Source: a virus
Virus record (IMG/VR): IMGVR_UViG_3300010389_003143
Coordinates: 1-64,000 of that record
Direction: 5' to 3' (one strand)
DNA: 64,000 nt
The notes beneath the pieces were generated by a model, which made no database searches, had not been told where the DNA came from, and saw nothing but the letters and a program-made list of their open reading frames with translations. Below are positions 17,851 through 27,962 of this stretch, piece by piece. A program made the position numbers and the translations under genes. Position 1 is the stretch's first letter; each line of letters starts with the position of its first letter.

Positions 17851-19401
17851 CTAACATCCCCAGGTAGAATATGAAATCAATATTTCTGATCCAGAATCAG
17901 GAGGGCTGCTAAATATAACAGAATTAGTTGATTCTTCGTAATACCAGTCATTTGAAAGTATACCGTTTACATAGACAAGTATGGACTCCTCAATTGCAAT
18001 TGAGGATACCTCAAATCTCCCAGGCAGCACAGACCGCCTGGCGACACGGTCTAGATCTAGCCCCCAGTTATTTGAGCAGATAGATATAAACGACCCTCCA
18101 AGATTCATAACAACATCGTAATAGCCTTCTCCAAAGTTCGCTCGACCGTTTCCGGAACAGCCGCTAGGATAATCTCCCGCAACCGCGTGTGCGGCGATAA
18201 GATCATTTGAAGTTTTCATGCCAAGCAGGTGGTAGGAAAGCTCAAGGGGAGTAACTAAGGCTGTAAAGTCAGGCTCATCCGATATAAATATCACAACAAA
18301 TCTTGCATCTGTTCTAAGGAAAGAGCTTCCAACGCCAGCATCTGCAAAAGGCTGTGTAGCGTCATAAGCCTGCTGAATGCCCTGCTCTGTAACGCTGCCG
18401 CTTGTTCCGATCGAGCTGATTAGGTTCGTAGCATATCGCGTAGGATTAGGAAAGGAGCTATCAACGTACACCTTTCCGACGAACTCTGGATCATCCGTTG
18501 TTATAAAAGCTATTCTGTAATCTGCTCCAGCGGAGGAGAATACGTTTATAAAAGAAGAAAAGTTATCAATTAGATTGTCTTGGTTAAAGCCCATTGAGCA
18601 TGAGTTGTCTACAACAAATAGCATATCAACATCAAGAATATGATCTTGATAAAACATCTCTGTAATAGGAGGCCCTAGCTCGCCATCCCCCTCCTGTTTG
18701 GCCATTGCAATTGGGGTAATCGGATCATTAGAATGAAAGCTTATGAATCCAGAATCCTCAAGAAGATCGGAAGGTATATATCCAAGACTTAATTCGAAAG
18801 ATTCATTCGGCTCAAGAACGATAGGGAGGCTTCTGATGTGATCCTGAAAATCTTTGATATCAAAGTCGGCAGGAACTGTTGACATAAATTCTATATCTGT
18901 TATTTCGAGATTTATATCACCTATATTCTCAACATTTATTATTAAATCATCTTCGCAACCAAGCTCTACCGGATCAAAGCTAAATTTATCTGGAGTTATT
19001 TTTATTATTGGCGCACTCCCAGCCCCGACCAGATCTACCACAACCTCCGGCTCATCCTGATCGTTTGATTCGATTATTATTGAGGCACTGTTTGATTCAA
19101 AAAATCTTGGCCTGTATCTTGCCAGTATTGTCAGCTCTTCGCCAGGCTCAATGTCGGCGGAGGATGGTGCTTTAATTAAAAATGTGTTAGAAATATCACT
19201 TAAATTTATGCTATTAATATTTAATGTATCATCACCAGTATTCTTTATTAAAATATTAACATCAGAGTGTTCATTTACAATAACTTTTCTGAAGTTGTGA
19301 TCATAAGGATCTACTTCTATCTCCGGATATTTAACATTTCTAATTTCATACTCGCTACACCCTGCAATAACGAGAAACAAAAAATAAATATATTTTAGCA
19401 T
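17851..19401 (-). CDS. Lipoprotein with two Ig-like (choice-of-anchor D/ASH-like) domains and a vWA domain
   Basis: Lipobox IAGC; two repeats of IKNTGDDTLNI..IIESNDQDEP; MLFVVDNSCSM MIDAS; FISDEPD. Confidence 0.75.
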   Translation of the reverse strand: MLKYIYFLFLVIAGCSEYEIRNVKYPEIEVDPYDHNFRKVIVNEHSDVNILIKNTGDDTLNINSINLSDISNTFLIKAPSSADIEPGEELTILARYRPRFFESNSASIIIESNDQDEPEVVVDLVGAGSAPIIKITPDKFSFDPVELGCEDDLIINVENIGDINLEITDIEFMSTVPADFDIKDFQDHIRSLPIVLEPNESFELSLGYIPSDLLEDSGFISFHSNDPITPIAMAKQEGDGELGPPITEMFYQDHILDVDMLFVVDNSCSMGFNQDNLIDNFSSFINVFSSAGADYRIAFITTDDPEFVGKVYVDSSFPNPTRYATNLISSIGTSGSVTEQGIQQAYDATQPFADAGVGSSFLRTDARFVVIFISDEPDFTALVTPLELSYHLLGMKTSNDLIAAHAVAGDYPSGCSGNGRANFGEGYYDVVMNLGGSFISICSNNWGLDLDRVARRSVLPGRFEVSSIAIEESILVYVNGILSNDWYYEESTNSVIFSSPPDSGSEILISYSTWGC

Positions 19402-19513
19402 AAGATAATCCTTTTATTTTATTCAAAATTAAACGGCTATCATATATAGCCAAAATATTAATTGTTTTAAGTTTAAAACTAATAATAAAGAACTATATAA
19501 TGGAGAATCCAAA

Positions 19514-19927
19514 ATGGCAGTTACAATTAACAGACTCTTAGGCGACGGCGCGCAATTTGCGGCAGTTGAGTTTTGCTCAACCGGCGGAGCTGGCGGAGAA
19601 ACCGGTACAATTATCGACATAGGGACTCTTTCTGGAGCAAACGGCTCTGGCGACGAGAGAGTGCGCATCAAAAGCATAGAGGCTTTGGTTACAGCTTATT
19701 CTCCCGCAGCAGGATATTGCCACCTGGCTTGGGGTGGTTCCGGAGATGTCTTCTGCACACTACCCGTTGGCCATTCTCAGGTTCAAATGCACCTTGAGCC
19801 AACCAGCGGGTTCACCGGAAATATAGAGTACGATCTATCCCCAGATGTTTCTGTAACGCTTAGAATAAAGATGGAGAAGCTTCACGGCTTCCCGGATACA
19901 GCCGCTAGATTCTCATCAGGGATTTAA
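19514..19927 (+). CDS. Hypothetical (probably structural) protein
   Basis: GGAG RBS; AACTAATA element at 19477. Confidence 0.6.
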   Translation: MAVTINRLLGDGAQFAAVEFCSTGGAGGETGTIIDIGTLSGANGSGDERVRIKSIEALVTAYSPAAGYCHLAWGGSGDVFCTLPVGHSQVQMHLEPTSGFTGNIEYDLSPDVSVTLRIKMEKLHGFPDTAARFSSGI

Positions 19928-19939
19928 TCAAGCGCTTTA

Positions 19940-21229
19940 CTATTGCCTAATTCCACGAACCGTTATGTGGTAGTGATCCCCTTCCCATAGGCGGCGGAAA
20001 TCAGCGTACTGCTCGGCCCTATCTAGCAGCTTATTGAAGTCAGACTTTGATGCTCTAGATATATCAATAGATACTCCGCCCCTATGCTCAGAAGCAGGCC
20101 AGCTTTCTTCTATTATATACTCTACATCTTTTATCTTTTGATCTCTATCTTTTTCGGCAGAAGAGAATACCGCGACTATTTCATCGATCCTTGGAAATTT
20201 GCGGTAGAGCCTTGAGAGATAGTTGTTTGCCCGGTAACTTCCGATGCCTCTAGACTCGTAGTTATTGTACATAATTCTTGCCTGATTATAACTCGTCCTG
20301 AACGCGCTGCTCAAGAAAAACGCCATTCCAAGCTCTCCTGCAATTTGATCTAAAATAGATACAAATCTTTTTACATCGTCAGTGGTCGAATCCAAATCGA
20401 CGTTCGATCCTATCGTTATGTTGGATAGCTCAGATATATCCCTAGGCCCAATAGGCTTGGAGCCTTCTTCTCCCTTCCTCTTTGAGGGCGCCATCTTCTT
20501 TGCCGGCTTGGTGAAGTCAATTCCGGATAACGCGACATACGTTCTCTTGTCCAGCGTACCGGTTGGAGGCAGAGAATTGCTGGTCTGAAAAGACTTTATT
20601 GCAGCAATAAGCTCTTCATCAGATGCGGATTTGGACTCGATATGATTATTTAAAATCAAATAGCCTACCACCATCTTCTTGCTGCCCTTAGAGAGGTCTC
20701 CTATATTTACAATGGCATTCGGATCATCGCGAAAGATATCATCTGCATCCATTCTCTTGTAGACGCCCCTTTGCATTGAATTGCTTATATTTATCAGAAG
20801 TTCTTGTACCTCAGGATCATCGCCTAGGCCTGGGCTTGCTTTGTTTATTGCCTTTACGGCCCTCTCCACATAGGTGCTTTTTCTAAAAGAGCCAAAAATC
20901 GGAAGAACGATTAGTGCAACTTTTCTCCATACATCTGGGCCAATCTTAGCCTTGAGTTTGTCTAGATCAGGATTCGTCGATGCAAATTTGTTAAAAGTTA
21001 TTATCTTAGATAATCGTCCAAGAGAGCGCTTGTTCGTATCTGAATTAAGGCTGTACCCCATTTCTTTTAGCCTTTTTTTTACGGCATCCTGGGGTTCTGC
21101 GGCTCTCTCCCACCTTCTTCTTTCCTCTGGACTAAGCTCACTGACTGAAGAGAGGCCCATGTCTGCCATTAAAGTTCTTAGATATTTTTTTCTTTCGGAC
21201 ATCTTGTGTTCCTTGTTATTTTTTGGCAT
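19940..21229 (-). CDS. Peptidoglycan-binding domain plus M15-type Zn peptidase (cell-wall hydrolase)
   Basis: AIKSFQTSNSLPPTGTLDKRT (PG-binding); SAFRT..SEHRGGVSIDI..DHYHI. Confidence 0.7.
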   Translation of the reverse strand: MPKNNKEHKMSERKKYLRTLMADMGLSSVSELSPEERRRWERAAEPQDAVKKRLKEMGYSLNSDTNKRSLGRLSKIITFNKFASTNPDLDKLKAKIGPDVWRKVALIVLPIFGSFRKSTYVERAVKAINKASPGLGDDPEVQELLINISNSMQRGVYKRMDADDIFRDDPNAIVNIGDLSKGSKKMVVGYLILNNHIESKSASDEELIAAIKSFQTSNSLPPTGTLDKRTYVALSGIDFTKPAKKMAPSKRKGEEGSKPIGPRDISELSNITIGSNVDLDSTTDDVKRFVSILDQIAGELGMAFFLSSAFRTSYNQARIMYNNYESRGIGSYRANNYLSRLYRKFPRIDEIVAVFSSAEKDRDQKIKDVEYIIEESWPASEHRGGVSIDISRASKSDFNKLLDRAEQYADFRRLWEGDHYHITVRGIRQ

Positions 21230-21470
21230 ATTCTTTTTCCAGACTGAGGATTAGAGCGCCCACCTTTCTTGAGAAATCTTTGAACAAAAAATTATTATCA
21301 AATTTATTTTTGTTATTCTCCTTGAGCAATAATTTTACTTCTGATCTCAATTTTAAAAGCTCTTTATTCTTTTTTCTTTTATCTTTGATTTTGCTTGTTA
21401 TAGTCAGCCTTCTTTCTAATAAAGAAAATTTATTGGATAAATCTTTTTTTGCCCAATAATCGTCGCTCAT
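21216..21470 (-). CDS. Hypothetical basic protein
   Basis: ORF with AGGCGG RBS-like element. Confidence 0.5.
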   Translation of the reverse strand: MSDDYWAKKDLSNKFSLLERRLTITSKIKDKRKKNKELLKLRSEVKLLLKENNKNKFDNNFLFKDFSRKVGALILSLEKEYAKK

Positions 21471-21541
21471 AACGGCCGCCTTTGTTTGCTCTTTAAATTT
21501 ATTTATTAATATATTGTAAAATTATAAAGGGGGTCGCCACT

Positions 21542-22018
21542 GTGCTGCAAGAAAATACAATCAGAGACATGCACCAGAAAGTCATACCTTACGAAGATTT
21601 TATAAATAAGATTAAAGACCTAAAGAAAGAAGGGTTAGACTTATATATAGGAACAGACTCCCAAGTTTTAGGAAAAAAGATATCGGTAGTCACCTGTATT
21701 TGCTTGTATAAAAATGGCGTAGCTAAAAGCAAAATATTTTACATAAAAGAAAAGCTCAGCACTGAAAGATATGCTACACTTAGGTCCAGAATGATCCTTG
21801 AGGCTTATAGAAGCCTGGAAGTTGCCCTAGAGATGGATCAGCTTGTCGGCGGAAAGTTAACAGTGCATCTTGACATCGGATCTGATATAGCTAAAAGTCA
21901 GACTGCAAAATTTCAGAATGAATTACAATTTTTATTTAAATCTCAGGGATTCGGCTGCGAGATTAAGCCGAACAGTTGGGCTAGCAGCTCTATTGCAGAT
22001 AGATTTACAAAGAGCTAA
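21542..22018 (+). CDS. RNase H-fold YkuK-like protein
   Basis: LYIGTDSQ..RMILEAYRSLEVA..VHLDI..IKPNSWASSSIAD. Confidence 0.8.
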   Translation: MLQENTIRDMHQKVIPYEDFINKIKDLKKEGLDLYIGTDSQVLGKKISVVTCICLYKNGVAKSKIFYIKEKLSTERYATLRSRMILEAYRSLEVALEMDQLVGGKLTVHLDIGSDIAKSQTAKFQNELQFLFKSQGFGCEIKPNSWASSSIADRFTKS

Positions 22019-22977
22019 ATGCCCGACACTTCTCCAATGGCATCTTCAACAGAGTTAGCTTCAAGGGCAACTGTAATGCTGTGTATTCTTAGCTTAATGG
22101 GCCCGCTTCCGGCTCCACTTATCTGCCTCATAACAAGTTTTATATAATCCTGATTCCCTGGAGCAAGAGATACGGTATGAGTAGAATCTATATTAAATGT
22201 AAAAATCCTAATAGGAGTCCAAGACGGAGGGTCTGGGGATAAATCTTCTATAGTATTTGTATCTGATCCAATTGAAGAAAAGGATGAAGTTGAGATCCCC
22301 AATATTGTTGTAGCTTTTTGAATATCAATTTCGACATCTCCCTCGTAATTTGAAAAAGAATTAACCTCAACAGCAAGATAGACCTTTGAGATTTTAGAAC
22401 CGCTTTTAAGCCACGGTGTTATATTTATAAAAAACTCCCATGAATCTAGAGAGTAATCGCCAACTTCGACTAGAGGCCATTTAGAAAGAGTGTCTGAGTC
22501 CGACACCCATGTTGCAGATTGATCAGATTCAGTGAGGTTTGCATCTTGATAAATGTTGTAAGTTGGTATGGAGGTTACTATATACTTCTCTTCACTGTAT
22601 ATGTAGCTATCTGCAGTTACTGTTGTTCCCGCTGTTATGCTGCCATCCGCAATTATGTTGCCATCGGCCGTTATGCTTCCAGAGGCAGCTATATCTTCTG
22701 CGCTTAAGTCTCCGAGTATTGATATATCGCCGCTTATATCACCGCCGCTAATACCACCAGATATTGACCCGCTTACCGTTAGGTCTCCGGATACAGTAAC
22801 ATTACCTCCCGTAGAAATCGAAAAGTTTGAAGAATCGATAATAAGTTCGCCGCTTGCGGAAGATAGCTCTATGTTCCCGCTTGCAGATAGCCTTAGCTTC
22901 TTGTCGGACGAGGCAATAAGCTCCGGATTAAGTCCGACAATTATCTGGTGGGATCCATAATATCTATCATGAGACAT
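22015..22977 (-). CDS. Virion structural/fibre-like protein with Gly/Ser beta-repeats
   Basis: GNVTVSGDLTVSGSI, ITADGNIIADGSITAG repeats. Confidence 0.55.
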   Translation of the reverse strand: MSHDRYYGSHQIIVGLNPELIASSDKKLRLSASGNIELSSASGELIIDSSNFSISTGGNVTVSGDLTVSGSISGGISGGDISGDISILGDLSAEDIAASGSITADGNIIADGSITAGTTVTADSYIYSEEKYIVTSIPTYNIYQDANLTESDQSATWVSDSDTLSKWPLVEVGDYSLDSWEFFINITPWLKSGSKISKVYLAVEVNSFSNYEGDVEIDIQKATTILGISTSSFSSIGSDTNTIEDLSPDPPSWTPIRIFTFNIDSTHTVSLAPGNQDYIKLVMRQISGAGSGPIKLRIHSITVALEANSVEDAIGEVSGI

Positions 22978-23487
22978 CTAGAGGCCTCTCTTCCTTCTTT
23001 CCTTCTTTAAAAACTTATTAATCTTTCTTGTGTATATATTTCTCTTAAGCCTAGAAACGGTATCTAGAATGGTAACCCCATTAAGGTGGTCGATTTCATG
23101 CTGAATTATTCTTGCCGCCAAGCCCTCAAAGCTTTCCTCTCTAGAGGCACCGCTTGCATCTCTAAATTCGACAACTAGTGACTCAGGGCGCTTTACTTTA
23201 AAGATATTTAGAGGGAAAGACAGACAGCCCTCCTCCATATCAACTTCATCGGAAGAAAGCTCTTTTATTACGGGGTTAATCATTACAATTTCCTCCCCGT
23301 TTGCATCGCCTACAAGAATTCTTTTGTGGAATCCTATCTGAACAGCGGATAGCCCGACACCGCCAAGGTTCCTCATAACTCTGAGCATCAGAGTGCAAAA
23401 AGCCTCCATCTCTTCGCCGAATTCGTCTTCCTCGACTATATCAGATACTTTTTTCAGTGATTTATTTGGTCCTAGAATTAAATTCAT
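22978..23487 (-). CDS. def: Peptide deformylase
   Basis: GVGLSAVQIG, EGCLS, QHEIDHLNG. Confidence 0.95.
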   Translation of the reverse strand: MNLILGPNKSLKKVSDIVEEDEFGEEMEAFCTLMLRVMRNLGGVGLSAVQIGFHKRILVGDANGEEIVMINPVIKELSSDEVDMEEGCLSFPLNIFKVKRPESLVVEFRDASGASREESFEGLAARIIQHEIDHLNGVTILDTVSRLKRNIYTRKINKFLKKERRKRGL

Positions 23488-23711
23488 TAGTTTTCTCCGC
23501 GTTGTTCTCTAGATTTTACGATTTTTTTGCACGTACTGGAAGCAGTTGTTTGAAATAAAAATGGAAAAAAAGCATGAACAAAGCATGCTGCGGTTGCCAG
23601 CGCTAACGAGCAGGAATAAGCGATAGCCTGCCTCATATGGCCTATATAAGTTTCTCCATTTTTACTTGGATGTTCCAAAAATTTTAAAATAATTTTTTTA
23701 TAAAGCTTCAT
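23487..23711 (-). CDS. Small conserved membrane protein (HP...ETY..H..VHAFFPFLF family)
   Basis: Motif recognition. Confidence 0.6.
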   Translation of the reverse strand: MKLYKKIILKFLEHPSKNGETYIGHMRQAIAYSCSLALATAACFVHAFFPFLFQTTASSTCKKIVKSREQRGEN

Positions 23712-24256
23712 TCTGATAAACCAGTCATGTTAAAAGAAAAACCAAGAGCGATCAGCCTTCTTTTTGAGAAGTTACTCTTTGTATTTTTCCAATCTTCATA
23801 AAGAGATATAATATTATTAGTTATCGAACAATTTTTTACGCCATATAACACATCTGAATAATCAGACATATTATTGGCCAACTCCCTATAGGTCGGATTC
23901 TGGCTCATCTGGTAGCATAGATCAAATGCTGAGGATCCCACCTCTAGATAGTAATCCCTGCTCATGACCTTTGACTGAGTTCCAATAAATAGACCCGTCT
24001 TTACAAGGCAGGCATCTCCCGCTTTTTTTAACTCTGAAAGCCTGCCGCTATTTGACATAAGAAAAGAATTTAGATACACTTCTGCTATATAAAGATTTTT
24101 ATCGACTATATTCCTGTTTCCATAAAGGGTATCTGAAACTAATTCTGCAAGATACTCTTCTATGCTGTGCGGTAAGGTAAAGCCTTGGGCGGAAGCTGAT
24201 CTAACAACTTCTTCTTTTAGTAGCTGCATTAGATTATCTTCTTTAACTTCCTTCAT
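23708..24256 (-). CDS. Conserved helical hypothetical protein (LKxxGDxxL..TGLF..DYY..G family)
   Basis: ELKKAGDACLVKTGLF..RDYYLEVGSSAF. Confidence 0.55.
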   Translation of the reverse strand: MKEVKEDNLMQLLKEEVVRSASAQGFTLPHSIEEYLAELVSDTLYGNRNIVDKNLYIAEVYLNSFLMSNSGRLSELKKAGDACLVKTGLFIGTQSKVMSRDYYLEVGSSAFDLCYQMSQNPTYRELANNMSDYSDVLYGVKNCSITNNIISLYEDWKNTKSNFSKRRLIALGFSFNMTGLSE

Positions 24257-24289
24257 TTCTCATTATAGGAAATAATTAATATTTGTCAT

Positions 24290-26371
24290 TTATTTTTGCT
24301 CTAACGTTTTTAGAATATTCTTGCACTTTGGATAAGCAGAGCATCCGAAAAACTTTCCGTACCTTCCTTTTCTCTCAAGCATTGTTCCCTTTTTGCACTT
24401 TGGACATTTATGCCCAGTATCCTTTGCGGGAGGCTTTTTGCTTTCTACCGGAATGCCGTCCTCACCTATGGCTGCGCTAAATTTGCAAACAGGATAAGCT
24501 TTGCATCCATAAAACTCTCCATTTCTGCCCTTTCTTTTAACTAAGATGTTCGAACACTTCGGACATTTATGGCCAGTTTCAACGCTTACTTTTGTAGATG
24601 ACTTTCCATCTATAGACAGGGTTCCGTCGCAATTAGGCCAATCAGAGCAGCCGAGGAAGGCTCCATGCTTTGATATTTTCTTGACCATCTTTGATGAGCA
24701 TTTGGGGCACTTATGATCGACGATAAAGGTGTCTGGCAAAGAAGACTGATTTGCAGTATTTATTTGAGAATCTAAGTCGACGTTAAATGATGATAATGTT
24801 TTTTTATAATCCTTATTGCCTGCGGCAATGTCATCAAGATTTGATTCCATTTCCGATGTAAACTTCTTATCTACAATACGGGGAAAATAAGCCGAAAGAT
24901 AATCAGAAACCATTATCCCAATATCTGTAGCAGATAAGGACTTTTTGACTCTAGATATGTACTTACGATTAATTAGAGTATCCAGAATTGAAGCGTAAGT
25001 GCTCGGTCTGCCAACCCCCTCTTTTTCCAGCAGCTTGATAATTGATGCGTCAGAGAATCGGTTGGGCGGTTTTGTGAAATTCTGCTGCCCAACAACGTCC
25101 TCCCACGGAACAGCATCTCCAACGCTCAAGGCAGGAAGGATTACGTCATCTTTTATTTCGCCATAAACCTTTAAGAATCCGTCAAAGACGAGTGTGCTAC
25201 CGTTCTTCTTGAACCCATAGTCGGCTTTTCCGTTATACTCAAGCTTTAGAGAAACTTGATCAAACTGAGCTGATGCCATCTGGCTTGCAGTAAATCTTGC
25301 ATCAATTAACTTTAATAGCTTCTTTTCATCACTTGATACCGGATCAACGGGGGAATCGTAAGTTGGCCGAATGGCTTCGTGAGCGTCCTGCGCACCTCCA
25401 CTTGGGCCATAGCTGATGGTTGATGGCGATAGATAATTTTTACCATACTTCTTTTCTATCTTTTTCCTTAAGTCAGCGACCTTGGCTGGATCAGTTCTCG
25501 TACTATCAGTACGATGATAGGTAATCATACCCTGGCTGAATAGATTTTGCGCAACTGACATCGTCTTTTTTGCGCCCCAGCCAAATGCATTCGACGCGGC
25601 TTGCTGCAGCGTAGAGGTGATGAAGGGAGGGTAGGGTTTTCTGGTCCTGCTCTTTGTTTGGTATTCGGAAACAATAAGATCTTTCTTTCCGGAAGTCATA
25701 TCCTTTAGGATTTTATCTGCATCTGCCTTCGTCTTTGGAACATAGGAGTTTCCGTTTAGCGCAAAAAAGTCTGCGCAAAAGTCCTTCTTTGTTTTTACCT
25801 CGATTGTCCAATACTCTTCCGGCTTAAATGCACTTATTTCCTTTTCGCGATCTGATATAATCTTAAGAGCTACTGACTGAACCCTTCCGGCGCTAGTGCC
25901 GCGAAGTCCTTTTGTCCACATTATTGGACTTACCTTAAAGCCAACGAGGCGATCCGTTATTCTGCGGGCCTGCTGCGCATTATAAAGGTTGTCATCTAGC
26001 TTTCCAGGGTTTTTTAAGGCCTTCTTGACAGCGTCTTTGGTAATTGCATTGAACTTAATGCGATGAATGTTTGTGCAAGTTTTTGGCAGGATGCTCGCAA
26101 TGTGAAAAGCAATTGCCTCGCCCTCTCTATCTGGGTCAGTCGCAATATATATGGTGTCGTGCTTTTTCGCCTCTTCCTTGATCGAGCGGACAACATCTTT
26201 TTTATCAGAGTTAACCTTATAGGTGGCCTCAAATGACTCTACATTAATCCCAAGATTCTTTTTTGACAGATCCATTATATGGCCGACCGATGCCATAATA
26301 GTGTAGTTGGACCCCAGGATCTTACGCAGTTTTGATATCTTGTTTGGCGATTCGATTAGAACCAGCGGCAT
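24290..26371 (-). CDS. topA: DNA topoisomerase I (type IA) with three C-terminal Zn ribbons
   Basis: LVLIESPNK, ATDPDREGE, SAGRVQS, ITYHRTDS (catalytic Tyr), AHEAIRPT, GRPSTY; start 26371 after GGAG. Confidence 0.95.
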   Translation of the reverse strand: MPLVLIESPNKISKLRKILGSNYTIMASVGHIMDLSKKNLGINVESFEATYKVNSDKKDVVRSIKEEAKKHDTIYIATDPDREGEAIAFHIASILPKTCTNIHRIKFNAITKDAVKKALKNPGKLDDNLYNAQQARRITDRLVGFKVSPIMWTKGLRGTSAGRVQSVALKIISDREKEISAFKPEEYWTIEVKTKKDFCADFFALNGNSYVPKTKADADKILKDMTSGKKDLIVSEYQTKSRTRKPYPPFITSTLQQAASNAFGWGAKKTMSVAQNLFSQGMITYHRTDSTRTDPAKVADLRKKIEKKYGKNYLSPSTISYGPSGGAQDAHEAIRPTYDSPVDPVSSDEKKLLKLIDARFTASQMASAQFDQVSLKLEYNGKADYGFKKNGSTLVFDGFLKVYGEIKDDVILPALSVGDAVPWEDVVGQQNFTKPPNRFSDASIIKLLEKEGVGRPSTYASILDTLINRKYISRVKKSLSATDIGIMVSDYLSAYFPRIVDKKFTSEMESNLDDIAAGNKDYKKTLSSFNVDLDSQINTANQSSLPDTFIVDHKCPKCSSKMVKKISKHGAFLGCSDWPNCDGTLSIDGKSSTKVSVETGHKCPKCSNILVKRKGRNGEFYGCKAYPVCKFSAAIGEDGIPVESKKPPAKDTGHKCPKCKKGTMLERKGRYGKFFGCSAYPKCKNILKTLEQK

Positions 26372-26465
26372 GTTGTCTCCTATCGAAAAAAATAATAGCC
26401 ATGGCCCTTGGCTTTGACAACCTTTTTTGACCATGGCTAAATTTTATTGCGCTTAAATAAGCCCG

Positions 26466-26660
26466 TTAATCATCATCCTCTATGATCGATAAGAGTGTAT
26501 CTCGATCCTTTGGATCGACAAATGGAATGGCCTCCCTCATCGTCATAAAGAAATTGCTATTATTAAAATATTTTAACAAGATATATTCGACGAACATTTT
26601 TGACTCTATATCTTGTTGCTTTTGGCATTGTGCTATAACATCTATAAAAGTAAGGTTCAT
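26466..26660 (-). CDS. Hypothetical protein
   Basis: AGGAGG RBS. Confidence 0.55.
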   Translation of the reverse strand: MNLTFIDVIAQCQKQQDIESKMFVEYILLKYFNNSNFFMTMREAIPFVDPKDRDTLLSIIEDDD

Positions 26661-26730
26661 ATAGCCCTCCTATGAGGTTTACCCCTCAATGTAATGCACA
26701 AATATTAGCCGCACTCTTTAATGTGCCGTT

Positions 26731-27243
26731 TTAATCAGTGCTTCCAAAGCCGCCATCTCCCCGATCTGTGTCGGAAGTTTCTTCTAGTACAAAGTCGCAA
26801 TTATTTCTTTTTCTCAAGATAGCCTGGAACATCTTTGGTTTTTCTCTGAGAATGAGATTGGCAACGGCCGTCATTGTTTGGGGTCGAGAACCAAAAATGC
26901 TGACCAAGCCTCCAGCATAGCTGTCTGAAGGAGAGCCAAAGCCTTCATGCTTGTGATGAACTCTTACAGGAACCAAGATTTCTCCTCGGTAATGCTCATC
27001 GATTACCCCGATTGAATTAGCCATAGATAAGGGGAGCTTTGATATAGAGCTTCTTGGAACTACTTCAAAATAATAACCCTTAGGCGGCTCAAGGGATAGC
27101 CCGGTTCTAAAGAATATTACATCGCCACTCATCTTGTGGACATCGATGAATGTTAAGTCGTAGCCCGTATCTGACTCATGAGCCCTGGCGGGCACTTGGG
27201 CTCTTTCATCTAGCAGCTCTACCTTAGTCTTTAGTTTTGGCAT
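26731..27243 (-). CDS. dut: Trimeric dUTPase with an internal insertion
   Basis: GYDL, PRSSIS, GVIDEHYRGEI, RGDGGFGSTD. Confidence 0.9.
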   Translation of the reverse strand: MPKLKTKVELLDERAQVPARAHESDTGYDLTFIDVHKMSGDVIFFRTGLSLEPPKGYYFEVVPRSSISKLPLSMANSIGVIDEHYRGEILVPVRVHHKHEGFGSPSDSYAGGLVSIFGSRPQTMTAVANLILREKPKMFQAILRKRNNCDFVLEETSDTDRGDGGFGSTD

Positions 27244-27291
27244 TTATTTTCCTTTCTACGAATAATTATGGTTTAAACAGAGGTTGGCAAA

Positions 27292-27510
27292 TTGAGTAAT
27301 CAAAAACATTTTATAGACCTATCACTAAATATAATCTTTGAAAGCTCGGGCGCAAGAAAAGATGCACTAATCGCTAAAATTAACGAGTGTATCGAAATGA
27401 TGCTAGAAGAAGAAGTTTCGATATCTTTCAGCTCATCTGTTAGCTCATTCTCAGAAGATCAAGTTTATTCGATGTACTCTTCTGCCGTACCAGAAGAAGG
27501 CTATAATTAA
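27292..27510 (+). CDS. Hypothetical protein
   Basis: TTG start with GAGG RBS. Confidence 0.5.
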   Translation: MSNQKHFIDLSLNIIFESSGARKDALIAKINECIEMMLEEEVSISFSSSVSSFSEDQVYSMYSSAVPEEGYN

Positions 27511-27914
27511 CCTTCCGTAGCCCATACCATATACTTGTGGATAGCTCTGGCAACATCTTTGTTCCATTTCTCTTTGTTAATTTCTATCCCGAGTCTTTTG
27601 GCAAGACTTAGTCCGCGCTTCCAGGCTTCGACTTCCTCTATTACAGTAAAAGTCTTATGTATTTTTGATTTCTCGGAATAACGGTCAAGAACTTCGTCTA
27701 CATTCACGACAGAATCTGATTCGCCAATCAACAGGTGCCCCGCCTCATGAAGCATGATGTGTACTTGCGTTTCTTTTGTTCTAGTTGAATTTATTGAAAC
27801 AAATTTTGAAACTCTATCTATTGCATCTAATCCTTGGCGATCAATTTCTACGCAATAGCCTCTTTTTTGAAACCAATAAGCCAAAGAATTTATTGAGTCT
27901 TCGTGGCTTGACAA
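27507..27914 (-). CDS. HExxH Zn-metallopeptidase-like protein (IrrE/ImmA-like)
   Basis: MLHEAGH..EEVEAW. Confidence 0.65.
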   Translation of the reverse strand: MSSHEDSINSLAYWFQKRGYCVEIDRQGLDAIDRVSKFVSINSTRTKETQVHIMLHEAGHLLIGESDSVVNVDEVLDRYSEKSKIHKTFTVIEEVEAWKRGLSLAKRLGIEINKEKWNKDVARAIHKYMVWATEG

Positions 27915-27962
27915 AGTGACCCCGCATAATATAAGTACTAAATTTAAAATATTTTTAAATTT

